Below are positions 18,707 to 28,120 of a DNA stretch of 64,000 bases, piece by piece. The stretch lies in assembly GCA_050011835.1 (NCBI GenBank), contig JBEKII010000003.1, positions 39,842 through 103,841 of the forward strand, read 5' to 3'. Below the pieces are notes generated by a model. That model had not been told where the DNA came from. It saw nothing but the letters and a program-made list of their open reading frames with translations, and did not search any database. This DNA comes from Minisyncoccia bacterium (GTDB taxonomy: Bacteria; Patescibacteriota; Minisyncoccia; Phycocordibacterales; Phycocordibacteraceae). Every line of letters begins with the position of its first letter. Position 1 is the first letter of the stretch. The position numbers and the translations under genes are program-made.

Positions 18707-19385
18707 ACTTTCCATCATCATCCCGTGCTATAACGAATCGCGCACAATTGAGGAAATAGTGCGGCGCGTTATTGGTGCGCCCCTGCGGGGCTGGGAACGA
18801 GAAATAATTGTCGTTGATGACGGCTCAACAGATGGCACTCGGAAAATTCTTCAGGTCTTTGGTGCGCCCATAACGTGTATCTTTCAAGAAAAAAATGGTG
18901 GGAAGGGAACTGCGGTACATACCGGTCTCAAGCAGGTGCGCGGGGACTATGTACTCATTCAAGACGCTGACCTCGAATACGATCCAAACGAAATACAGAA
19001 GCTCCTCGCTGTCATCGATAAAGGCGAGGCAGATGTCGTTCATGGTTCGCGTACGCTCATTCGCCAAAAGAAAGAAGGACCGGTAACCTTGCGTCTGGGC
19101 GTATGGTTCCTCACACAAATGGTTAATATACTTTATGGCCTTACGCTGACCGACATATGCACATGCTATAAGCTCTTCCCGCGCGAAGCGGGAGAGGCAT
19201 TTGCCCCCGGAGGATTTGTGTCGGACATACTATTCACCCCCGCTCTGGCTCGCCGCGGGTATCGTTTCGCAGAGGTTCCTATTTCCCATCATCCGCGTTC
19301 GGTCGCGGAAGGGAAAAAGGTTCGTTACCGAGATGGATTTCGTGCGATCGTGGCCGTTGCTACAGACTGGTTCCGCAATCTATGA
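18699..19385 (+). CDS. GT2 polyprenol-phosphate glycosyltransferase (Ppm/DPM1/GtrB-like)
   Basis: Start at the internal ATG (MRKLSIIIPCYNE), overlapping the upstream GT-C gene by 8 nt. IIVVDDGSTDGT and QDADLEYD motifs. Confidence 0.8.
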   Translation: MRKLSIIIPCYNESRTIEEIVRRVIGAPLRGWEREIIVVDDGSTDGTRKILQVFGAPITCIFQEKNGGKGTAVHTGLKQVRGDYVLIQDADLEYDPNEIQKLLAVIDKGEADVVHGSRTLIRQKKEGPVTLRLGVWFLTQMVNILYGLTLTDICTCYKLFPREAGEAFAPGGFVSDILFTPALARRGYRFAEVPISHHPRSVAEGKKVRYRDGFRAIVAVATDWFRNL

Positions 19386-20518
19386 AAATTTATTATATTG
19401 CCAATGCACGAATGCCGACCGAAAAAGCGCATGGCATCCAAATAGCAGAAATGTGTGAGGCCTTCATTGAGGCCGGTGTTGATGTGACACTTATCGTTCC
19501 TCGCCGTACGGCCGATCCTCGTTCGGTGCGTGAGTATTACGGATTGCGTACTGACGTACCGGTACGACGACTTCCCGTGTTGCCGTTTTATAATGGAGAA
19601 CGCGCTGGTTTTTCTATTGCATCACTGTCATTTATGTGTTCGGCGGCAGTGTTTCTGCTCCTACGGCGAGTTAAAAGTAGCAGTGATGTTATCTATACCG
19701 TGGACATGGACACGTTTTCCTTTACGCCCTTGCCATTATTCGGTATGCCCTGTTTTATTGAAATTCATGGGCAGAAACCCTCAACATCCGTGACGCGCTA
19801 CTTCTTCCGCCATGCGCGCGGAGTCATTGTTACCAATACGGAAATAGAACGTGCGATATCGGGCACGTTTAATCTCCCAACACAAAAACTTCTGGTTGAA
19901 CCAAACGGCGCTGACTTGTCGGCATATAAAAATCTGCCGTCAAAAGAAGAAGCGCGCCGGCAATTAGGACTACCATTACATGAACGCACCGCGTTATATA
20001 TTGGTAGATTTTATGAATGGAAAGGCCTTGAGATTCTGCCCGCGGCGGCGCGCCTGCAGCCGGATGTCGCTTGGTACGCAGTCGGCGGCGATGCAAAAGA
20101 ATTTGCCAAAATCTCTGGGGTTTCCGATATTCCCGCGAACATGCATTGTACAGGTTCACGGCCGGCCCAGGAAATTCCTTTGTGGCTCGCGGCAGCGGAT
20201 GTACTGCTTATCCTCGGCACAAAAAATAATATAGATTCGTATCGCTATACTTCACCAATGAAAATATTTGAGTACATGGCGTCATGCCGGCCGGTTGTCG
20301 CGAGCAGGACACCGGCGCTTGCGAGCATCATTCCCGAGAGTGATGTTGTGTGGTATGAACCGGACGACGCGCACGACCTTGCGCGCGTCGTAAACGATGC
20401 GCTCCACGCGCCGAATGACGTTCGTCTCATGCACGCACGGAATATGGCTGAAGCTCACTCATGGGGAAATCGCGCCGCTCGCATTTTGGCTTTTATTGAA
20501 GCGAATTTTTCTCTTTAG
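19382..20518 (+). CDS. Glycosyltransferase family 4-like
   Basis: GT-B fold. C-terminal SPMKIFEYMASCRPVVASRTPALASII motif. ATGA overlap upstream. Confidence 0.6.
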   Translation: MKIYYIANARMPTEKAHGIQIAEMCEAFIEAGVDVTLIVPRRTADPRSVREYYGLRTDVPVRRLPVLPFYNGERAGFSIASLSFMCSAAVFLLLRRVKSSSDVIYTVDMDTFSFTPLPLFGMPCFIEIHGQKPSTSVTRYFFRHARGVIVTNTEIERAISGTFNLPTQKLLVEPNGADLSAYKNLPSKEEARRQLGLPLHERTALYIGRFYEWKGLEILPAAARLQPDVAWYAVGGDAKEFAKISGVSDIPANMHCTGSRPAQEIPLWLAAADVLLILGTKNNIDSYRYTSPMKIFEYMASCRPVVASRTPALASIIPESDVVWYEPDDAHDLARVVNDALHAPNDVRLMHARNMAEAHSWGNRAARILAFIEANFSL

Positions 20519-21065
20519 GTTTTATCGTCACATTCGGGGGAATGCCGTACATAACGCTCTGCGGCGGGACATCTTTGTTGCACAATGAAAGGGCTCCAAT
20601 TTCGGAGTTGTCGCCAATGTGCACCGGCTTAATCACCTTTGCCCCCGTGTAGACGATAACGTTATCGCCGAGCCGCGGTAGACCCCTGCCCTCGATGCCT
20701 ATGAGCGTAACGCCATTATAAATAATCGCGTTTCTGCCTATTTTGACGCTCGCGCCTATCGTCACGTCAACCGGATGCGGCAGATATAATCCTGGGCCGA
20801 TGTCTGCATAGGGCGATATATCATTGGCGAACCGATACTGTCGCCACATTCTGATACGGAATTGTCCGCGCCATTTCTTGCGGATAAACAATTGGTTTAC
20901 GCGCAGCCAAAACACGCACGCGAAGCCCGGTTTGTGCCTCATTGCTCGGCGGACTTGCCAAACGCGGGAGATGAACGATGCGTGGGGATCAACTTTAAAC
21001 CCGACGGCGGCGGCATCTTGAGAAACCGTGTCCCAAAAAGAAGGAAGCCGCGTATCAGTAGCCAT
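20493..21065 (-). CDS. Hexapeptide-repeat acetyltransferase (serine O-acetyltransferase / WcaB-like)
   Basis: Left-handed beta-helix hexapeptide repeats (IGRNAIIYNGVTLIG..GDNVIVYTGAKVI..IGDNSEIGALS). Confidence 0.7.
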   Translation of the reverse strand: MATDTRLPSFWDTVSQDAAAVGFKVDPHASFISRVWQVRRAMRHKPGFACVFWLRVNQLFIRKKWRGQFRIRMWRQYRFANDISPYADIGPGLYLPHPVDVTIGASVKIGRNAIIYNGVTLIGIEGRGLPRLGDNVIVYTGAKVIKPVHIGDNSEIGALSLCNKDVPPQSVMYGIPPNVTIKPKEKNSLQ

Positions 21066-21095
21066 GAGGTGGAATATATCATACGGTAGCGTAAA

Positions 21096-21719
21096 ATGGC
21101 TTTTATGCGACAGAACGACCTCTGGACCCCAGCTCTCTATACGTTTCGAGGGTTTGTGCAGGAAAATATTCTCAATTCCGCACAGGCGCTTGATATCGGA
21201 TGCGGAAACCGCAAACTTCCCGGGGCGGTAGGCATTGATAAGCTCGCGCTTTCGTTAGTGGATGTCGTGCATGATTTGTCTGTATTCCCATGGCCGTTCG
21301 CGGATAATAGCTTTGACCTAGTGTTTGCGAATCATTTTTTAGAGCACGCGGACGATGTCCTTCGCACGATGGAAGAAATCAACCGCGTTCTTGCTCCTGG
21401 TGGGCGCGTGGTAATCCAAGTGCCATATTTTCGCTGTGTCGATGCATACACTGACCCCACGCACAAACATTTTTTCGCTTCACAAACGCTCGATTATTGC
21501 ATTGCCGATACGCGAATATCCGCGTATGCCTATACGCCTGCGCGTTTTATCAAGCGGGGTTTCTGGTTCGGCTGGCCGCACTCTTCCCGCAATCCGCTCA
21601 AACAACTCCTTAAATCGTTTATCACTTCGCACGCGTCCTTCTATGACCAATATCTTTCCCTTCTTTTTCCTGTTAAGTGTCTTACCTGGGAGTTGGAATC
21701 AATAAAAAAGCGTATATGA
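21096..21719 (+). CDS. Class I SAM-dependent methyltransferase
   Basis: Motif I ALDIGCGN and motif post-I/II, Methyltransf_11/23-like. 207 aa. Confidence 0.75.
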   Translation: MAFMRQNDLWTPALYTFRGFVQENILNSAQALDIGCGNRKLPGAVGIDKLALSLVDVVHDLSVFPWPFADNSFDLVFANHFLEHADDVLRTMEEINRVLAPGGRVVIQVPYFRCVDAYTDPTHKHFFASQTLDYCIADTRISAYAYTPARFIKRGFWFGWPHSSRNPLKQLLKSFITSHASFYDQYLSLLFPVKCLTWELESIKKRI

Positions 21720-22762
21720 TCGTACGCAAGGCGCTTACATTTCGCGCTTCTTCCATCGGTGACTGCCTGATGGGGAAGTATCTTCTGGAAAATATTCATG
21801 CGCAATTCCCCGAGGCGCGCCTCGGGCTCGTGGTGGCAAACCGTGCAGGAATGATTCGCGATCTTCTCGCGGCATACCCATGGCTAGAAATTATTGAAGC
21901 GAATCGCCGTAGTCCGAAAGCGCTTCTTTCATTGTGGAAAAATTTTCACGGGAGCGATCTCGTGGTGACGCAATATGCTGGCAAGCAAGGCGGAAGTTTT
22001 GGTTTCGCGAGCAAGCTTGCTGCTCGGATGCTCGCTAAACGCGGAGGCCTCGTCGGATTTACTGATGCATCAAAGTGGAATGGGATACTTTACGATCAGC
22101 TGTTGTCCGCGCGTTCCGATATAGCAGTTGCTGACCATGAACGCGGGGCCTTGCGTGCGGCGGGACTGCCGATGTCTCTCCCATTCCCTGCATTAGAATT
22201 TGTGCGAGATAATACGGCACGTACTAAATTCAATCTGGAAACAGGGAAATTTATTATCGTCCATCTTTTTGCAGGTAATTCGGGTCGCGGACTGCATCCG
22301 GATAAAAAACGCGAACTACTCAATATACTTGCTGAAAAACTTCCCCGCATTCGTCTGGTAATAAGTGGCGGCACGAATGATCAGGAAGAAGCACTGCGTA
22401 TAGCGGAGAGCATTCCCGCGACTGTTATTGCAGGCAAAACAACACTCCAGGAACTCATGAATTTAATTTTTGAAAGCCGCGGGGTTGTCAGTGTTGATAC
22501 CGGAGTAGCGCACATCGCTGCGCAGCTTGGCAAACCACTTATTGTCATGCGTACTTGCCTCGGACGTAGTTGGTGGCTTCCGAAACAATATGGGGAAGAA
22601 GCACCCGTCACGGTTTTTTCTCGCGACGATCTCTGTAACGCCGGCCACATTTATAAAGATTTTCCCGATTGTATCAATGCAATTTCTATTGATGAGCTTG
22701 TTTCGGTTTTGCAACTCCAGCGAATTGCAAGTGGCGTGCATCTGAAAGCAGGCCAAGAGTGA
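21716..22762 (+). CDS. Glycosyltransferase family 9 (ADP-heptose:LPS heptosyltransferase family)
   Basis: Start at the internal ATG (MIVRKALTF) with ATGA overlap. GT9 signature VDTGVAHIAAQLGKPLIVM and N-terminal SSIGDCLM. Confidence 0.7.
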   Translation: MIVRKALTFRASSIGDCLMGKYLLENIHAQFPEARLGLVVANRAGMIRDLLAAYPWLEIIEANRRSPKALLSLWKNFHGSDLVVTQYAGKQGGSFGFASKLAARMLAKRGGLVGFTDASKWNGILYDQLLSARSDIAVADHERGALRAAGLPMSLPFPALEFVRDNTARTKFNLETGKFIIVHLFAGNSGRGLHPDKKRELLNILAEKLPRIRLVISGGTNDQEEALRIAESIPATVIAGKTTLQELMNLIFESRGVVSVDTGVAHIAAQLGKPLIVMRTCLGRSWWLPKQYGEEAPVTVFSRDDLCNAGHIYKDFPDCINAISIDELVSVLQLQRIASGVHLKAGQE

Positions 22763-23333
22763 ATATGTTAAATAAAATGAATTTCAACGAGCGTATCGGA
22801 TTCATACCCCGCAGTGTGATGAGTTCGAAGCCAAGATCGTCGAACATTCTCCGGATACTTTTTTCAGTAAAAAAGCGAAGATGTGTTGCATCAAGAATCC
22901 CCGCATCCCGGTACTGCCAATCTTTCTTTACCAAGAGATTCTTCAGGTTCCCCAGATGGCGGACGTTGGGAAGGGAAAATACCACGACACCGTTATCGCT
23001 CAATTTTTCTTTTAGCGCAAATAATACCGAATAAGGATCGGCGAGATGTTCAAGCACATCATTGCAGATAACGCAGTCAAAATACGCTTCAGGCAATTTC
23101 CCTAAAAGATTAGTTATATCTCCGACAAGAACCACATCTATTTTCCCCTGTGCGCGTGTTGCTACCGTTTCATTTATTTCAATACCCCACACTTCCGCCT
23201 CGCGCTGCTTTTTTACCAATGCACTAAAAACCCCCTCGGCACAGCCGATATCAAGTATTTTTTTTGCATCACGAGGAATAAACTCGAGCATCTCCGCACG
23301 AGTTTTTTTATAGTATCCGTTTTTTCTTTCCAC
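22686..23333 (-). CDS. Class I SAM-dependent methyltransferase
   Basis: ILDIGCAEGVF motif I. Methyltransf_11/23-like. 215 aa. Confidence 0.75.
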   Translation of the reverse strand: MERKNGYYKKTRAEMLEFIPRDAKKILDIGCAEGVFSALVKKQREAEVWGIEINETVATRAQGKIDVVLVGDITNLLGKLPEAYFDCVICNDVLEHLADPYSVLFALKEKLSDNGVVVFSLPNVRHLGNLKNLLVKKDWQYRDAGILDATHLRFFTEKSIRRMFDDLGFELITLRGMNPIRSLKFILFNIFTLGLLSDARHLQFAGVAKPKQAHQ

Positions 23334-23386
23334 AGATGATAGAATATCTTGAAATGAAAATGAAGCAAGGGAATAGTGAATAAGAT

Positions 23387-24445
23387 ATGACCATTCACTT
23401 CTTTACGAAAGGGGATGAACGGCTCGGTGATTCTCGCCAAAGGGCGTTTCGCATCGCGGACGAGCTGAATGCTCGCGGGATTACGTCGGTTGTGCACTGG
23501 CCGCCCGTGATGTTCATGTCAACCACTCCTTGGCCGAAAAAGTTCCTGCTCATTGCGGCGGTTATCCGTTCGCTATTTTCTATAAAAAAAGGCGACATCG
23601 TCTTTCTTCAAAGGACCATCGGAAATAAGTATTTTTTCGTTATTATGATCGCGTATCTTAAATTCTTTCGGAGGAAAATGGTTTTTGATTTTGATGATGC
23701 GATTTATATGCACGATTTCTATAAGACAAAAACATTTACGCATATGGCGAATGCCGTTATCGTGTGCAGTCAGGCGCTCGCCGCGTGGGTGAGACGGTAT
23801 AACAACACGATTCACATCGTTCACACTTCTCTTAAATTTTCTGCATATGCTAAGTTCACTAAGAATTATTCAGTCGAGTCAGAACCTATGGTCATCGGGT
23901 GGGTTGGGAGGGCGACAGATCATTGCAAAAATTTAGAATTCCTCGCGACCATTCTTGAGGAACTTCTTAAAAAAACAACCATTCCATTCACATTTAAACT
24001 TGTCGGTGCGATGCAAGACAAAAAAGTGTACGCTCTTTTTGAGCGGATTTCCGGATTGCAGGTTGAGTTTGTAGATAATCTGGATTGGAATAATCCCGAA
24101 GTCGTTCCGCGTGTCATTCAGACATTTGATATCGGCGTGATGCCCCTCGTCGAGAAAGGCGAATGGAATCTCGCGCGATCATCATTCAAACCATTAGAAT
24201 ATATGGCGTGCGGCGTTGCCGCTGTTTGCAGTGCCGTTGGCGAAATCACACATGTGATACAAGACGGGGTAAACGGATATCTTGCTAACGATAAAGTTGA
24301 ATGGGTGGGGAAGTTAGAAGAACTTCTTTCTGATAGGGAATTACGAGCACGGTTCGGCCGTGTCGGGCAGGCGTATGTGCGAGACAACGATTGCTACGAA
24401 GTGATCATTCCCAAAATGATAAAGATTTTTCAGGCACTAAATTGA
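23387..24445 (+). CDS. Glycosyltransferase family 4-like
   Basis: GT-B fold with FKPLEYMACGVAAVCSAVGEITHVIQDGVNGYL (E-x7-E region). Confidence 0.65.
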   Translation: MTIHFFTKGDERLGDSRQRAFRIADELNARGITSVVHWPPVMFMSTTPWPKKFLLIAAVIRSLFSIKKGDIVFLQRTIGNKYFFVIMIAYLKFFRRKMVFDFDDAIYMHDFYKTKTFTHMANAVIVCSQALAAWVRRYNNTIHIVHTSLKFSAYAKFTKNYSVESEPMVIGWVGRATDHCKNLEFLATILEELLKKTTIPFTFKLVGAMQDKKVYALFERISGLQVEFVDNLDWNNPEVVPRVIQTFDIGVMPLVEKGEWNLARSSFKPLEYMACGVAAVCSAVGEITHVIQDGVNGYLANDKVEWVGKLEELLSDRELRARFGRVGQAYVRDNDCYEVIIPKMIKIFQALN

Positions 24446-25068
24446 GACGAGCAACGTTTCCACGCTTCTGCAACACGTTTCAAGAAAAGCGAAATATCTT
24501 TTTGATAAAAAGCATCATCGAGCGCGGCAATTTCCGTGTCAGGGAGGTCCCACCACCGTGAAGCAAGCATTTGGTCGACATACTTGGGGAATCGTGTGCG
24601 GATAATTTGTTGAGGATTTCCGATAACCACCGAATAAGGCGGAACGGCATCTCTTATGACGGCGCCGGCTCCGATAACGGCACCGGTCCCGATAACGCTG
24701 CCGGACAATATGATCGCGCTCTCGCCGACCCACACGTCATGCCCAATATCAATGGGCCCTTTCGTCGTGGCGTCAAAATTGTAGCCATCATTCACTGGCG
24801 GTTTTATAAGTCGGCGGGTCAGCAAGGAACGGAAAGGAAAACTAGAAGGTAAATCGGTCGGGTGATTCGCATGGCACAGGATACGTACATTCTTCGCGAA
24901 CGAACAGAAATTACCGATGTGCACGGGTGATTTGGCAGTGGGATAAAGAAACGTATTTTTTGTGACGCCATAGGTATGGCGTCCCACCGTTACATATTGC
25001 GGTAGGATAGGTGCTTCGGGGAGAGAAGCCTGACTATATAGATTGGACAAATACGCAAAAGGTCTCAT
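24430..25068 (-). CDS. Hexapeptide-repeat O-acetyltransferase (CatB/Vat xenobiotic acetyltransferase-like)
   Basis: IGHDVWVGESAIILSGSVIGTGAVIGAGAVIRDAVPPYSVVIGNP is a classic LbH acetyltransferase core. Confidence 0.75.
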   Translation of the reverse strand: MRPFAYLSNLYSQASLPEAPILPQYVTVGRHTYGVTKNTFLYPTAKSPVHIGNFCSFAKNVRILCHANHPTDLPSSFPFRSLLTRRLIKPPVNDGYNFDATTKGPIDIGHDVWVGESAIILSGSVIGTGAVIGAGAVIRDAVPPYSVVIGNPQQIIRTRFPKYVDQMLASRWWDLPDTEIAALDDAFYQKDISLFLKRVAEAWKRCSSQFSA

Positions 25069-25147
25069 ATATAATTTTTTACCCGATAGATTTCATGAAG
25101 TATAACCCAGGAAGTGTCGAATTCAAATTTACGATATACTGAGGCAA

Positions 25148-27058
25148 ATGCAGGACAAGAATCCTTATACTATAATCCTCCTCTACGAATTGGGGCACGC
25201 CAAGGAGCTTGAACGTTTTTGGCGCGAGCGACCTGAGGAGGGGAAAGCCGTTTCGCTCGTGGTGGCGCTTACTCCGGATGTGGAAAAGGAGTTGAGAGAA
25301 CGAGGCGTCACTTTTTCTTCGGGGCGCGATTATCGTCCGCTTGATGCGAGCCGTTTTATGTTGGCAGAAAAATGGACGTCCGAGATGTTTGAGAGTTCGG
25401 AGTGGAAATGGTTTCGGTATCGTAATCTGCATCTCTCGCAGATGTTTTCCGTCCCCATTCAATTTTATTTCGTCCAGTTACTCTATTATGGAGCAATTGT
25501 AGAGAATTTGTTTGTAAAACACCAAAGTATACGCCGGTTGGTGGTGTTTCCTTCGCTCCAATCCGTTCCTCGTAGAGGCAGAGCTCTTGAACGCGAACGA
25601 ATCGCCGCGGTAGTCGCCTGTGCAAAGCTCATAGGAGCACGCCATGGAGTTGACGTTATTATACCGCGAACGATTGCATCTGCGAAACGTGTCCGTACGG
25701 GATCATTATTCTTTTCGTTCAAGCGAGCATTTTTGGAGTGTGGAGTAAATATCTGGAACATATGCGTTGGCATGCTTCGTCCACGCGGCGCTCCGCGTAT
25801 TCTCGCGTCCGATTACTGGCGGAATATCGCGCCGATCATGTCACGTCTGCCACGAGGGGAACTTATGTTATTTGACCGCGGGGAAGCGCTTAAAGCCGGT
25901 TTAGAGAATATGTGGCGATTCAGAATACGCCTTTTTAACTTCAGCTCTTTCTCTCTGCATCGCAGGAGGGCGGAGCGCGCAGAGACGCAAAAATTGTTTG
26001 AGGAACGATGGCGCTTTCTTCGTCGTGACGGGCTTCCGGACTATTCCTCAGGCGGATTCTCATTGCGCCCGCTTCTTACTGAAGCGTTAGACGGCATATT
26101 TTTGCGCGAAGTGCCCAAAACACTTCGTGATATTGATGGCGCGTATGAGATGTTGAAAACACTCGCGCCTAACATGGTATTTTTGCGTGCGAGCGTGAGC
26201 GCGCAGACGCACTTTTATATTCTCGCGACGGTTGCTCGTATGTGCGGCATTCCCTCATTGGAACTCCAGCATGGGCTAGAATATCTCGGCTCCGGTTCCG
26301 TAAGCAAACAGCACGGTGCCGAATATATCGCTGTGTACGGGCGGGTAACACAGGATGAATTTGCTGCTCTCGGGTTCCCTCGCGAGAGATTCCCCATCGT
26401 GGGTTCTCCAAGATTTGATGCCTATAAAAGAGAAGCTGTCCTCGCGCATCGAGTTCGCCGCGAGGGCGAAGGAATATCCGTTCTGTGTATCGGATTTGCC
26501 GTAAGCGTGGAATGGTTCTATGACGACTACGACCTGGAGGAATATTACTCTGCGGTCGCTCAAGCTCTTGAGAAGATTCCCAACAGTTCTGCGATTATCA
26601 AGCTGCGTCCCGGTTCGTTCCGCGAGAGCTCGTGCCGTTCTACGATTGATACCATATTCGCTCGAGTATCGCATACTATCGCCCACGACGAGCCATTTTC
26701 AGAACTTTTTGCTTCCGCGGATATCGTTGTTTCTTATTTTTCCACGGTTGTTTTGGAAGCGCTTCAATTTAATAAGCCCACTATTGTCTTCAGCGCTCAA
26801 GCAATGGAAAGAGAGTGCATCCGTTTTCATCTCACACAGTACGCGGACGCGGGCGGACTCATCGTCACCTATACGCAGGAAGAACTCGAGATCGCATGCC
26901 GTTCGCTCGCGAACGACGAAGCTTTACGCAAGCGCCTGGCACGAGGCGCAGAGAAAGTGCTTACGCAACTCTACTCATTTGATGGCAAGGCCTCAGAGCG
27001 TATAGTGGCTCTTATTGAGCGGCTTGCGCAGAAACAAAATGAACATGGAAGCGATTGA
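25148..27058 (+). CDS. Large polysaccharide-biosynthesis protein with C-terminal TagB/TagF-like (CDP-glycerol glycerophosphotransferase family) domain, putative
   Basis: The C-terminal region AIIKLRPGS...ADIVVSYFSTVVLEALQFNKPTIVF parallels Glyphos_transf motifs (K-x-H-P...aDvLITDYSSv.fDf...kPiif). The N-terminal half was not recognised. Confidence 0.4.
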   Translation: MQDKNPYTIILLYELGHAKELERFWRERPEEGKAVSLVVALTPDVEKELRERGVTFSSGRDYRPLDASRFMLAEKWTSEMFESSEWKWFRYRNLHLSQMFSVPIQFYFVQLLYYGAIVENLFVKHQSIRRLVVFPSLQSVPRRGRALERERIAAVVACAKLIGARHGVDVIIPRTIASAKRVRTGSLFFSFKRAFLECGVNIWNICVGMLRPRGAPRILASDYWRNIAPIMSRLPRGELMLFDRGEALKAGLENMWRFRIRLFNFSSFSLHRRRAERAETQKLFEERWRFLRRDGLPDYSSGGFSLRPLLTEALDGIFLREVPKTLRDIDGAYEMLKTLAPNMVFLRASVSAQTHFYILATVARMCGIPSLELQHGLEYLGSGSVSKQHGAEYIAVYGRVTQDEFAALGFPRERFPIVGSPRFDAYKREAVLAHRVRREGEGISVLCIGFAVSVEWFYDDYDLEEYYSAVAQALEKIPNSSAIIKLRPGSFRESSCRSTIDTIFARVSHTIAHDEPFSELFASADIVVSYFSTVVLEALQFNKPTIVFSAQAMERECIRFHLTQYADAGGLIVTYTQEELEIACRSLANDEALRKRLARGAEKVLTQLYSFDGKASERIVALIERLAQKQNEHGSD

Positions 27059-28109
27059 TATAACAAAAGTGACCGAAGCACCTAAACTCTGGCAAGATAT
27101 AGTGGATGCGTCTAACGACGGATGGATTTGGCATACATGGTTAGCGCACGAATTTAATCTCTGCGCAAGAGAGAAATTCAAAGCCGAGGACAACTCTTTT
27201 TTTATTTATGAAAACGAGGAAGCGGTGGGAGTTGTCTCGCTTATCATTCAAGAAGGAAGCATCGGTAACTTTAAAGAATGCGAAGTGCCATAGCCTTGTT
27301 TCCGCGCCGGTCTTAAGCCGGAGCGTGCATCGGCACTTGAGACCTTTGCATTTACAGAACTCGAACAGCGTGCTCGACGTGCAAGGACCGGCCGAGCATC
27401 CGTTTTAATGATTCCACCGATGAACCAAGGTAATGAAAGAGAACGAGTAGCGCGCGTAGCTTCAGAACATAATTATCTTTATTTCCCTTTGAGTTTCCAT
27501 GAGGTTAACGTGAGTCCCAATGCTCTCGAGGCGGCGCGTACACATTATGACTATAAGCATTTCTCATCATTCTTTACAATTACTGTTACGACAGGTTCCG
27601 AAGTGACAGACGTTCTTGAGGAGACATACTTTAAACTTCACACAAAAGATGCCGGGGGCCAGTTCCGTTCACGTCTGAGCTATAAAAAGCAAGCGGATAT
27701 CGCGAGGCAAGGAATGGGTTTTTATGTTGTCGCTCGGCACAATGAAAGTAGCAACGTTGCAGGGATGGCTCTCATAAACTGTTATAAGGGTGCGGCGTAC
27801 TATAATTCAGTAGCCGTTGACCCTGTATTCCAGAAACTGTGTGTGGGATATCAGTTGCAGTGCCGCGCTATTGAGGAATTGTTGCGCCGCGGCATCCTGC
27901 TCTACGACCTCGGATCAAGAGAAGACATTTCAACATGGCATGCGCTCACGTCGGAGAAAAAGCGTGGCATTGCTCGTTTCAAGGATAAATTTTCCCACCA
28001 TCAATCGCGTGACATCTACTATATAGAAAAATTTTTAGATATGGAATTTTTTCATGCATATCTGGAATCACGGGAGGCTTCACTCAAAGAGTATTTTGGG
28101 CTATCCTGA
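27015..28109 (+). pseudogene. FemAB-family (GNAT-fold, peptidyl/aminoacyl transferase-like) gene interrupted by one in-frame TAG (27291-27293)
   Basis: Track ORFs 27015-27293 and 27408-28109 are in the same frame. The intervening 114 nt translate without further stops (PCFRAGLKPERASALETFAFTELEQRARRARTGRASVLMIPP). The 3' part has the FemAB-like GMALINCYKGAAYYNSVAVDP motif. Combined length ~365 aa, typical for the family. Confidence 0.55.
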
Positions 28110-28120
28110 ACATATGCACC

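Noticed and set aside
25079-25462. 127-aa minus-strand ORF at the start of the TagF-like gene
   Set aside because: Overlaps the divergent promoter region and the 5' end of a much longer, motif-supported plus-strand gene.
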